Source: Paragordius varius (lineage: Eukaryota; Animalia; Nematomorpha). From it: DNA of 64,000 nt. The notes beneath the pieces are model-generated. The model ran no database searches. It had not been told where the DNA came from and was given only the letters and a program-made list of their open reading frames with translations. The stretch's first letter is position 1; every line of letters begins with the position of its first letter. Where the stretch lies: assembly GCA_964247055.1 (NCBI GenBank), contig OZ176051.1:14260001-14324000 (forward strand), written 5' to 3'. Position numbers and translations under genes: made by a program. Below, piece after piece: positions 14,301 to 25,200 of the stretch.

Positions 14301-14885
14301 GATGAATTTTGAAATATAAGATTGATATTCAGTGAAATAAATATATTTTACAGATAGGAAATTAGAATAAAATGGAGGGGGGTGACCATGTTTGATTACG
14401 CCATCAAATATTTTTTAGAAGAAGGTACCAAAATAGTATCGTTTATAAAACATTTTCAGTACACCTTAAAAAATTAAATTTTTGAAAAAAAAACATGAAT
14501 TTGATATTAATAGCATACTTTGTCGATGTCAACTACCCATTGTCGAGATATTTGACTGAATTCTTTAGCTTGACGCGCATCAAAGATAGGCCAACATAAT
14601 CTTTATTTTTAAATTATAAAAGCTAATATATACTCAAATTTTTTTAGGGTTTCTTTCCTATCATACAACTCAAATAGGTGATACATTATAAGTTGAAATG
14701 CATATCGGTTAGATGATTCAAATAGATCACTAATTTTCAATAATATTATATTTATACTCTGTCAAAACTAATTCCAAATCATTGTTTTTTAAAAAATCAT
14801 TAAATTTTAGTAGTTCCAAGTTTTTTCTAAGAATGTCACCATACTTTTCAATAATCTCCAATTTTTTGTGTGAAAAAGAATTCAT
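9653..14885 (-). CDS. HAUS6: HAUS augmin-like complex subunit 6, about 742 aa, 10 exons
   Basis: Exons: 14885-14758, 14729-14634, 14600-14519, 13779-13620, 12709-12427, 12018-11895, 11747-11650, 11411-11381, 11234-10851, 10495-9653. All GT-AG and phase-consistent (2229 nt). NRYAFQLIMYHLF...LCWPIFDARQAKEF...IFVCPTGFKVVRFLARFSRFV aligns by eye to the HAUS6 N-terminal domain (NRDAFHIISYFLF...CWPPFD...LFLSPGGPKFIHLMYHFARFV). The C-terminal half is unrecognised. Confidence 0.8.
11260..11301. repeat. (AT)n microsatellite in HAUS6 intron 8
   Basis: Direct run of TA. Similar runs at about 40203-40238, 49243-49278, 51868-51902, 53145-53170 and 57672-57722. Confidence 0.95.
14011..14255. mobile_element. 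About 220-250 bp foldback MITE family; other copies at 22877-23097, 24084-24336 and about 42245-42525
   Basis: Terminal inverted repeat consensus TA(C/A)CATTTACA(G/A)TTCAAATTCAC with homologous interiors. Three copies lie in introns of HAUS6 and SEPSECS. Confidence 0.75.
14601..14633 (-). other. 33-nt intron (HAUS6 intron 2)
   Basis: GTATATATTAGCTTTTATAATTTAAAAATAAAG. It has an in-frame TAA, and removal joins KKFE to LCWPIFD. Confidence 0.85.
14730..14757 (-). other. 28-nt intron (HAUS6 intron 1)
   Basis: GTATAAATATAATATTATTGAAAATTAG. Needed to join the ATG frame to the DLFESSNRYAF frame. Confidence 0.75.
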
Positions 14886-14948
14886 CAGAAAATTAAATTA
14901 TGCGCCGTTTACATTCATGCCTCATTACACATGTCTTCAAAAATTTAA
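14886..14948. promoter_or_regulatory. Putative bidirectional promoter, 63 bp between two divergent ATGs
   Basis: HAUS6 ATG at 14885 (-) and orphan ATG at 14949 (+). Each has an in-frame stop shortly upstream. Confidence 0.6.
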
Positions 14949-16030
14949 ATGAGATGTTTTGATTATTTAGAAAAAGTTATTGTACAATACAATACGGACA
15001 TAGAATTTAATAAATGTGAAACATATAACATTTGGAATAAAGTTTTATATGAACTTTATTCGATAACAAGAAGGGAATTCTATAATTTTTTATGTTTACC
15101 CTTGGAAAAATGCCCTTTAGGTAAAATATATTTAATATTTGTAAGTATTGATTGGATATATTAGCTTTAATACTTATCCATACAACACTCGTTTGTACAA
15201 AATTTATGCCTCATTGTTTTACGAAAAACTTTCTAAATTTCGATTCTTTATTTTTCCTTGTCCATATCATCCACAAATAAATGTAGACACTTGTGAGATA
15301 AATTTAATGTAAGCATAATATATTTTTATATTTTATTCTTTATAGGCAGACTTCATCCTTAAAATCTGGTCTCAATCAAATATTTCACATGTTTAATGAA
15401 ATATTTACTGATAGCAAATCTATTGCCACTTTTCCAGTAAACGTTGAGGCTTCACTTATTTTAGGGCAAAACTCAAACGCATTTACCGCCAAAGTTTTGG
15501 ATTTTGAATCTCAGCATAAAAATCTTGTTTCTTGCAACGAAAACCCAACATTCCAAGATCCAAATGAAATTATGTAATATTCATTGTAAAAATTATGAAT
15601 ATTAAAAGACATGTAGATTACAGTCATGTATCCTTCATATTAAATTTATTTTTTTTCGTTAAATGGGTATATATATTTGGTAAAGGATGAAAAAACAAGA
15701 GCTCTATGGTAATTCTTATACCTTTTTGATGATATATTGTTAAATACCATAGAGCTCTTGTTGTTTCCATTCTTTACCAAATATTTATATCCATTTAACC
15801 AAAAAAAATAAATTTTTGATAAAATAAGGATACATGATATTACCATTTTCTAATATATATGGTATTTTTAATGAAGATTACACGTTGACAATCAAAAACG
15901 TGTTGAAACTCCAGTTAATTTATTAGAATCTCGAATCCATCAAATGGAAATTTACAATGAGAAAGAATATGAATCGTGTTGGGATAATTTGGTTGCTGAT
16001 AATCATGAACATTCCTATTCTTGGCTTTAG
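14949..16030 (+). CDS. Hypothetical protein, about 238 aa, 4 exons
   Basis: Exons 14949-15120, 15146-15308, 15346-15573, 15877-16030 (717 nt). GT-AG introns of 25, 37 and 303 nt, phase-consistent. Sequence MRCFDYLEK...FIFPCPYHPQ...ESCWDNLVADNHEHSYSWL; no family recognised. Confidence 0.65.
15121..15145 (+). other. 25-nt intron (orphan gene intron 1)
   Basis: GTAAAATATATTTAATATTTGTAAG. The only GT-AG choice I found that keeps the frame open. Confidence 0.6.
15619..15840. mobile_element. About 225-bp palindromic MITE; second copy at 24976-25205
   Basis: Near-full-length hairpin with TCATGTATCCTT / AAGGATACATGA ends and internal AACAAGAGCTCT inverted arms. It fills most of a 303-nt intron. Confidence 0.8.
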
Positions 16031-16185
16031 TAGCTAACATTTTTATATTACCAAAAATAAATTATTACCTCTGATATTTTATATCTGTAAATTTTTTTGA
16101 GTAACCTTTGTGTTCCTTAGAAGGAAACTACAGTGTCCACAAAAAATATCCTGATTTAATTTATATCTTCTGATAGAAAAAGATT

Positions 16186-17310
16186 ACACTAGACAACAAA
16201 TTTTTCTGCCACTCGAGTTTTTTGCATTTTTTGATATTTAATATCATTTTAACAGTAAATCTGAAATAAAAATTATAACTCGTTGGAAGAATTTTGTATA
16301 ATTTGATTTTTTGATTATGCGCCCTCTTTATCAAAATTTTACTAAAAAATGTTTTTCTTTGAAAATATACAAGTAATGCCCATTTCTAATATATCATTCG
16401 AAAGAGTATTAAAAACTCTATAAAATGTATACTAATATGTATTACATCGACAGTTAATATTGGACACAAAGAGCGACAAACGCGCGAAGCGAGAGCATTT
16501 TTTTAATTATTATATTTTTAAAACTAATGGATGAAAATAGCTCAAACTTTGTTTAGATGGAGATGAATGTCCAAAAAAGATAACACAAAAAAGTTTTTTT
16601 TGATTAAAACATTTTTTATTGCTTTTATGTCACTCAAAACAGCCATTTTTAAGTTTTTTGTTTTTTAAAAATTACCATCTCATCAATATTAATTTATTTT
16701 CTTTACAAGGCTGATAATTTCGAAAATTTAAAGATAAAAACAAAGTTTAAGATATTTTTGATCTTTTATAGCCATTATGTAATAAATTTACAGTTATAAC
16801 TATGAATTTTAGTATCCACTAGGTAAAATATTTATGATAATAATAAATTTTATTAAAAAAGCAAACCAAAAGCTTTTTCAAACATTTTTTTTAATTTAAA
16901 TACTAATATAACCCTAAAAATTATATTAAAATAATTTATATGATTTACAAATCAGTTTGTCTGCGAAAATTCTTGACTTATTTAAGGATTGAAAATTTTG
17001 ACCATTTAAATCCAAAAAACTTTTACATCCGATGGATTTAAATGACTTACTACCATTTAAAAGATGCAGTTTTTTGCGCTCTTTCGAATGATATAAAATA
17101 CATGGCTTCATATCTAAAACTTTATATTTTCGAAATTTCGAGTTTAATGTTAAATTTGGGCCAAAAATTATCGATAAACTCTAATATAAAAAAATTCTTC
17201 CATGTAAGACCAATTTTCTTTTCAGATATACTAATTATGTACTTTAATGAAAAAATTTTTAAATTTACAAGAATGGCATTTAAAAAAAGTTAAAATTTGT
17301 TGTCTAGTGT
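16186..17310. mobile_element. Non-autonomous TIR element, about 1.1 kb
   Basis: Perfect 18-bp TIR ACACTAGACAACAAATTT / AAATTTGTTGTCTAGTGT. The interior is homologous to about 55920-56330 and inversely to about 985-1160. Confidence 0.75.
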
Positions 17311-18164
17311 TATCATTGTGATTTTGGTTTTTGCTTTTACTAGTGATTAACATGGTAACTGCTTCATATTAAAGCAAATGCTTAATTCTTAAAAATATTA
17401 CTATTTAAAAGTAAAACAGTATTTTTTTAAATAAAAATCTGGTAGGTACCTTAAAATACGCAAAAATCCGAGATTCTGTGATAAAATTGTTTAATATATC
17501 CACATCTATATGGTTAATAATTTATTTTAGTGATATTTTTCGTAACGAAGCTTTTCGCCAATTTAAAAATTAATCGCAAATTTTAATGTTTTTATGTGGT
17601 GACCACCAAGTGCAAATAATTTTTTTAAATTTCATGACTTTATCACTTTTTTGTCCGCTATGATATATTGGGGTAGTTTAACATCTCTGGGCTCAACTTG
17701 TAAATTAATCTTTGATAGTTGTTTTAATTAAAATCTAATTAACAAAAATTGTTGTTCTATATTAGATATAAAAGCTATGCGTCTATAATTTGAAACAGTT
17801 GTAAAACACGTCGGAAACTAAACAGCTGATTATAAAATAAATATCAAGTTTTTAATGGCAAAATTCAACCTGAAAGCTTATTAAAGTCAATTATTTATAT
17901 TTTGCAACCATCATATTTTGCCTACTTCATTAAAAAATTAAAAAAAAGCCAAATTTTTTAACATTTTCCAAAATCTGTATTATACGCCTAAAACGCTAAA
18001 GCAAGCATATGATAGTCATATTAATCGCTTTTAAATATATAATTACTTCAAAAGATCATAAAATGTGTCCTGCTGAAAGAGACGATTCCAATTTAAATTT
18101 ATCCACCCTAATAAAGATTCTATAAATAAGCCAAAATATCCAAATCAAATATAGATCTAGGTAT

Positions 18165-18283
18165 GCAGAAAAGGTTGTGACAACTATGGTCCCAACCGTC
18201 ACTGTCTTCACAGGATGACCCTTAGCGCCTTTCTACCGTTTTACACGCCTCAGGGCAGGGAGAAGGCACTTTCTTGTTGGTGC
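18165..18283. mobile_element. 119-bp GC-richer insertion with a 10-bp target-site duplication
   Basis: ATCTAGGTAT at 18155-18164 and 18284-18293. No TIRs seen. Confidence 0.6.
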
Positions 18284-18383
18284 ATCTAGGTATATACAGT
18301 AAAACATGTAGTCTTACATATAAATTAAATGAAATAATAGTATTAAATTATATGCAATTTACCCCCTATAAAAGTATTTGAAG

Positions 18384-20698
18384 CAGTGGTACTCACCAAA
18401 AAAAATTGACGGGCCAAATAAAATATATTTTTTTCGAGGGCCATGAATCTTATAATGGCAAATATTCCATAGCTATTTTACACATATGCACATATTTATA
18501 ATCTAAATCAGCACAATGAATATTTTGCGAATCGCATGTAAATCCAGCTAAAAACTCGTTTTGCACCATCTAATTTAAAAAATATTTTGATATTTTATTT
18601 TCATATTAATTAATAATTTTTGGCTAATTTGGTTTCGCCTCACACAGGCCATTCTTAATACGTCGTCCATATGATCATCGGTTAAGCGATTTCTGTCTGT
18701 ATTCTTGACATACTTCATTTTTGAATATGCCGTCTCACTCGTGTAAGTTGAAGGAAAAACAGTTAGGATAACTTGAGCACATTTATTATATCTTCTTATT
18801 TATTTGGCACATCTTGGCAAAACTCTGCATATCTTTTTTCTCCACGATTCTCCTAGAATATAGCCTCCAAATTGGAATCATTTTTAAAATCTATGGATTC
18901 AATGATATGCGCCTGATCAAAACCGAAGTGCTCAAATCGCTTAATATTGATATATCCATATGCCATGGATTTTCAACGAGTTTTACAATTTTTATTTCTT
19001 AATTCTTGAAATCTGAATTTCATCTTATTAGATAAAAATGTTGAATGATTGTCTATTATTAACCGTGGTAAATTCCATATTTTCTTCATGAATCGTTTTA
19101 ATTGATAAATATAGGAGTGTATTTATAAAATCTTGGTTATATATTATTAATTTTCAAAAGCAAATGTTTGATTAGCAAATTGGGTTATTATTTTGCTCCC
19201 TTGAGAACTTGTATTAAAAATACTAAGTTTATAAGTAATGTCACAAAGGTAGGCTAATAAAACACACCATTCGTCCCTATTTTCCTCGTCAAACTTTCTG
19301 TTATATTTTATAAATAATATAATTTCATGTCTTAAAACAAAAAATCTGTTTAATACGCTGCTTAGGCTTAGCCATCGCACAGCGGTGTACAAACGAATAT
19401 CAAACTGACTGTGGATTGATTTCAGAAGGTTTTTGAATTTACGGCGGTTGAATTTGCCACAGATGTGATTAGCTATATCCACAACAGTTTTAATTACTAA
19501 ATTGAGTGATTCATCTTTTACACGCGAAACCAAGTTTTGCTGATGAATAAAGCAGTGAACGGATAATATTTTAAATACATTTGTTTTTCAAAAGAGCTTT
19601 GTTTATTCCAATCATAGAGGGACAACCATCTGTGCAGATCGAAACCATTTTTTCAGAGATATACCATTATTATTGAAAAAAGTGCTAATTATTTCGAGAA
19701 AATCACTTTTTTTCGTAGTATTATTCATTAGTAAAATTTTTAAATATTCCTCGTACGAAGAGCGCACATTGAAGTGTTGAACTAATATCACTGCTATTTG
19801 CACTTTTTCATAACGAATGTTTTGTTAAAAATATATTTAGACATATCTTCAATGCGTTAAGCACATGTTGAATCAGAAAGTTAAAGTTGTTTTTGCCTCA
19901 TGATTTGATCTTTATTATGGAATTTATCAAATATAAAAGTGCAACCATTTATTAGACAATCTTTTAATATTTGGGAATCAGTAACGGTTTTATATTTTTT
20001 TCTAAAATATAGCAAATTTTATACGAAGCTAATGTTACAGCTTTTTTCTGGGAGAAAGCTATGGACATTAAGATTTTTCTTTCTGGTATAAATACTTACC
20101 CTTTTTTTCGTTTCTTTCCTCATGATTTTCTGAGAATGATGGATTGTAATTCAATATTGTATTTTTTAAAATTATGTTGTCCTTACACACAAGGGAGGTA
20201 GCAACATTTTTATTTAAAACGACAAATCTTCTTATTTCTAAAAGAGCAATTTCCATCGGATAATATACGTTTTTTAGCATTAGATGTCATTCTTTAAATT
20301 TAAGAATATGTTTTGAATTGTGCTATAAAAAAACAGGTTGAAATTTAATGAATGTAAATGAGTTTGGATAGCAATGAAAAGAATATGTATATGCATGTTT
20401 GGATGAAAGGCTTGCTTACAATGGAATGCAATAAAAATTTCAAATAGAAAATAAAATAGAATACAGAAACAGTGTGCCAAAATTTTGAAATCATTTCAAT
20501 GTAGGGAATTTTTTCCAATTTTGGGTAAAAAATAAAAATTACCAAAATTTTATCTAAAAAAATAAATTAATATTAAAATAAGGGAAAATTCGTTTATGTG
20601 TTATTTAAAAAATTTTTGATAAAAAAATAAGTATCAATATGGCCATAGGGCAATTTTTAAGCACTCTTCGCATGCGGCCCGCGGTTTGAGTACCACTG
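18384..20698 (-). mobile_element. Decayed hAT transposon (Buster/SPIN/GTF2IRD2-like transposase remnants)
   Basis: TIR CAGTGGTACTCA / TGAGTACCACTG. Flanks ATTTGAAG / ATTTAAAC. Transposase fragments LYTAVRWLSLSSVLNRFFVLRHEI (19147-19533) and the dimerisation motif FPSTYTSETAYSKMKYVK...RNRLTDDH (about 18670-18760). Confidence 0.9.
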
Positions 20699-21080
20699 AT
20701 TTAAACTAACAGACAACCACAAACTCTCTTGCATCGGATCCGCCCTATTTGCAGATAGTCTTTGAAGGCGGCGCTCGTGTCGACGCTGACGCTAGATGTA
20801 ATGAAATCTTTCCTTTTCCTCTAACAATTCTTACTCACATAAAGTAATTCGACGCCATTTTTATATTAAAACATTTTTGCATAATATCGATGTTTTAAAC
20901 GGTAAATTTAATTTATAAAAATTTTTAATATTTAGGCCTATATGTCATGTGGCCTAAATTTTTGATCTAAGGGTCATCCAAAAAATACTAATATCAGGTA
21001 ATTTTTGATCAATACGTCATAGTCAGTCCGATTGTGTTAAGCTTTAAATAAAGTTTAGCAGCTGTTTAATTTTTTAAGCT

Positions 21081-21934
21081 ATGAGCGAAGGCAGAAAAAT
21101 AGATTTTACAAATTGTAACAAAAATATATGGATTTTAAAAGTATAATTTACTTAAATGCAGGTTCCAAAATACTTATCGGAAACATGGGAAACTCACGAT
21201 CAGGAGATTGGAAAATTAATGATAGACAAAACAAAGTAAACAATATAATTTAAACGAAAGAAAAGAACAAAAAGGTCCTGATATAAATTTTTATTCTTCG
21301 ACAACAAAATCAAATTTACCGCAAATTCACAAAGTATTTATGAATCCTATACCTAATAATACCCTCTTTATTTCATCTCATTACGAAAATGATGAATCCA
21401 ATCCACTTTCCTCCATTTATTTTGTCGAAGGAAAGGCTAGCCAAAAACTTGAGATTCGCCCCCAAACTAACTCTACTGAATACATAAACGTATATTGTAT
21501 TTTACATATATTTGGTTTTATTTATAAATTATCACATTTTTTATTTTTAGCTTAAAAAGGCTCAGTTTGCTATAAAAAACCAGCCAGTTAACACCGTTCA
21601 AAAATTGGATAAACATGTTCAAAATTACAAACCCGTTTCATCACACGCTATGTCTAAGAATTCATTTTTTGGTTCTGAAAGACCCACTCCTAAAGACATT
21701 ACTGTCGGAGCCAAGAAAATGCGATTAGACAAAGAACAAGTAATGGAAATTTTATTTACCGCTTTCGAAAAACACCAATTTTATTCGATCAAGGATTTGG
21801 TTAACATCACTGGACAACCTATAACTTATTTGAAAGAAATTCTGAATGATATATGCGTATATAATTTACGCAATCCGCATAAAAATATGTGGGAACTCAA
21901 ACTTGAATATCGTCATTATAATGCACCATCCTAA
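21081..21934 (+). CDS. GTF2F2: General transcription factor IIF subunit 2 (RAP30), 248 aa, 4 exons
   Basis: Exons 21081-21140, 21162-21235, 21261-21489, 21551-21934 (747 nt). IWILK|VPKYLSETW, NYKPVSSH and LFTAFEKHQFYSIKDLVNITGQPITYLKEILNDIC...HKNMWELKLEY match RAP30. AATAAA near 21968. Confidence 0.95.
21141..21161 (+). other. 21-nt intron (GTF2F2 intron 1)
   Basis: GTATAATTTACTTAAATGCAG. It has an in-frame TAA, and removal restores the conserved W-x-x-K-VPKYL. Confidence 0.9.
21236..21260 (+). other. 25-nt intron (GTF2F2 intron 2)
   Basis: GTAAACAATATAATTTAAACGAAAG. Required for the frame change between exons 2 and 3. Confidence 0.8.
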
Positions 21935-22296
21935 TATGTGTACATATCATTATATAAATCTCTTATAATAAATAAACCTTTATTGGTTAGAGCGTAATTA
22001 ACCAGGGTTTTACCTACGACTTTTTGAGACACTTTGCGCTATCGAAGTTATATGAAAATATGTTCACAAATCATAGTAAAAATTAATATTTTTTAATTTT
22101 CTAACAAAGTTTTTCGGGCAAAAGATTAAATAAATAATAATTATATTGGGTTTTTGAGTCTAAGTGAAAACTAATAAATTATTTTTTAGATTATGTATAT
22201 ATTTTTAAGAGGCCCGCCAGTAAATTGAGTCCAAAATGCTGCGCATTTGTGTTAGACACTTCTGTGTGAAACATTCATAGTTTCATCTGATATGCG

Positions 22297-25200
22297 ATGG
22301 ATTTAGGTGTTTTGAGCACATTTTTACCATTAAATTACGTGACACAAGTAAAAGATGCCGAAAAGTCTATCCAAAAAATTATTAATACAATATTATATCA
22401 CGTAAAACATTTGTGTTTATATTGTTATAGAAAAAATTATTGGATTACCCGCTCTCAGACCACACAATTCGTCACATTTTGAATCTTTTTTCCATGATGG
22501 ACTCTAACAATTTTATAAATACGTGTGGTGTAGGGGAGCGTGAAGGACGAATGTATTCTTCATTAGTGGCCCAACGTCATTTTTAGTAATTAGGAATAAA
22601 ATATAAGGTTAAATATTATGATTTAGCTTATCACATGGTATTGGTAGGTCTGGACAATTAACTGAACTTCAGCCTAAAGCCTTGGGTTCCAGCTGTTTAT
22701 ACCAATTAACTAATTTGTTGGTAAAAGATGCCTTCGTAGTTGCAGGTAATCGATTTTTGCATCTATAACTAGCTTTACTTCCATAATTTATGGTTTTTAA
22801 ATAATTGTTTTTTTGATAATAATCGGAATTCTGAGTAGTTTTACTGCTTTGATGATACTGTATTAATGTTTTAATATAACATTTACAATTCAAATTAATT
22901 CTTGAACAATTTAAATTCACTGTTTTTGGGCTAATATAACTCATCATTGATATGAAATATATTCTTATGGCATAGTTTATTATTTCAGTATTATAAATTT
23001 CATTATTTAAAATTATATAGGTTTTTTTTAGCCTCATAAAAATTTATTTTAGGGGGATTTTGAATTGTTCAAGAGTGAATTTGAATTGTAAATGGTATAA
23101 AAATTAAATCCATTGCGTTTTCTGTTAAAAAATTACTGGGCGGAAGGTGGCAATAATACCTACGGACACCTGTTGTAAAAGACAATAAAAAAAAGGAAAC
23201 TTTATATAATATTTTAGCTTTTTGCCCTCTACAAATTTATTGGTTTTATTCCCTGAGTCCTGTTTTTATTTTGTCGTCGCTCTAATAGTTATTGATTGGT
23301 TAAATTACTTTTGATAATAGTTTAATTTGCCTTAGGACAGTTAATAAATTGACACATCCTACGAATACAAGAAAGCTAATATAGCATTTGTGTATTAATA
23401 CAAAAATTTATAACCGGGGTCCCTACACATCACTCTTGACTCCAAACAACACTGGTAGGAATAGCGTGATTGACTTAACTGAATTTAAGGCAAGTTTATA
23501 TATATATATGAGCAAGAATGAAATAAGATTTATATAAGATAACCTATAATCTGGTTAAAACAACAAGAAAAATAAAAGTAAAAGATTGCATTAAGAACCT
23601 ACAAGAAGTACCTTAACTCGATGTTAATTTTAATTGCCTAAAATTACTGTGATATTTGCAACGTAACTCCTACCATTTAAAAATTATTAAAGCTGGCTGT
23701 TTAGTTTGGAAAACATTTTTGGCCCTAAATTTAACAATCTATAAATACATATATATGACATAGGATTAACCAATGTTAATTCATGCCTCATCGTTCCATT
23801 AGCTACGGGCATGGCACTAACAATGTGTTTTTTAACCCTGAAAAAGAGTCGCCCAAAAGCAAAATATATCATTTTCTCCAGGATCGATCAAAAATCATGC
23901 TTTAAAAGTATCCTAACCGCCGGTAAGATGTATGAAAGTGTTAAATGTATATAATTAAAAATAATGTCATAAGGGCTGTTTTTGTAAATTTTCGCACTTT
24001 TATAAACAATCATATTTCAAAAAATTCATATTTAAATTTTTTCGTAGTGGCTAATTAAAGTCCAAAGAACTATTGTTGATATATACCATTTACAGTTCAA
24101 ATTCACTCTTGAACAATTCAAATACACCCTAAAAATAAATTATATGTGTTCGAACTAATATAACTCATTATTAATATAAAATCTAAGTTTATGGCATAAT
24201 TTATTATTTTTTCAGTATTATTTTAATTTAAAACAAAATTTTAAAAATATATTAAAAAATAGGGAATTTTTAATCTTTAAAAACATGAGGGGGGAATTCG
24301 AATTTTTTAAGGGATGAATTCGAACTGTAAATGGTAAATATTTTGCAGGATTTATCCCTATAATCATTGAGGGCCAATTAACCCACGATGGAACGGATGA
24401 TGAAATGCGTATAAAGCTCGACGACAATATAAAAAATTTCACGGATTTTATTACAAAATTTATTAATGTTAATGCCCAAACATTATCATTACCCATTGAA
24501 TCTGAAGATGATATTTTATGTTTTCTTTCCACCACTTCGTGTTTTGCTCCACGCGGTTCTGACAACATTTCAAACATTGGAATGTTTTGTGCCCACGCCA
24601 ATATTGTCCACATTGTAAATAATGCGTATGGGATGAATTCATTAACACTCATTCGTCAAATTAAGTAAGTAAATTTCAATTCTGTACACTTGTAATTATT
24701 CTTTGTTATCAAAATTTTATTTTATAATATATTCGGTTTATAAAAATTTTTTCGAGCAAAATAATTTATATTTAATATAAATTGTGTGTACGTTGTTGCT
24801 TTAAAGGGTCTTAATGAACGAAATTTCCGATAAGGTCCATTTATATGCAATATCTTTTAATTAAGTATTTTTTTTGAAATTTTTAACACTGTTTCCTCTA
24901 AAAACAAACGTTTTGCCGGCATATTTTGTTGGTTTGGAAAGCTTTTGTACAAATTTTTCGAGTATTAAAATAGATTCATGTATCCTTTATTTTAACAAAA
25001 AATTTATTTTCTTTCTTTAAAGCGGTATAAATATTTGTTAAAAAAATGGAAAAACAAGAGCTCTATATTTAAAATATCATATTCATTAAAAAAGTATCAG
25101 AATTACCAGAGAGCTTTTGTTTTTTCCATTCTTTATTAAATATTTATGCCCATATAACAGGGAAAAAAAATAAATTTTTGATAAAATAAAGGATACATGA

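Noticed and set aside
14811-14950. Plus-strand ORF MSPYFSIISNF... as an upstream exon of the orphan
   Set aside because: It is the antisense of HAUS6 exon 1, and no splice joins it in frame.
15141-15164. Alternative 24-nt intron GTAAGT...TTAG in the orphan gene
   Set aside because: It has a better donor but leads straight to CTT TAA. The 15121-15145 intron keeps the frame open.
21060-22296. Acceptor-like AG just upstream of the GTF2F2 and SEPSECS ATGs as evidence for spliced-leader trans-splicing
   Set aside because: Such sites are common by chance in AT-rich DNA and are absent before the HAUS6 and orphan ATGs. It needs 5'-end RNA data.
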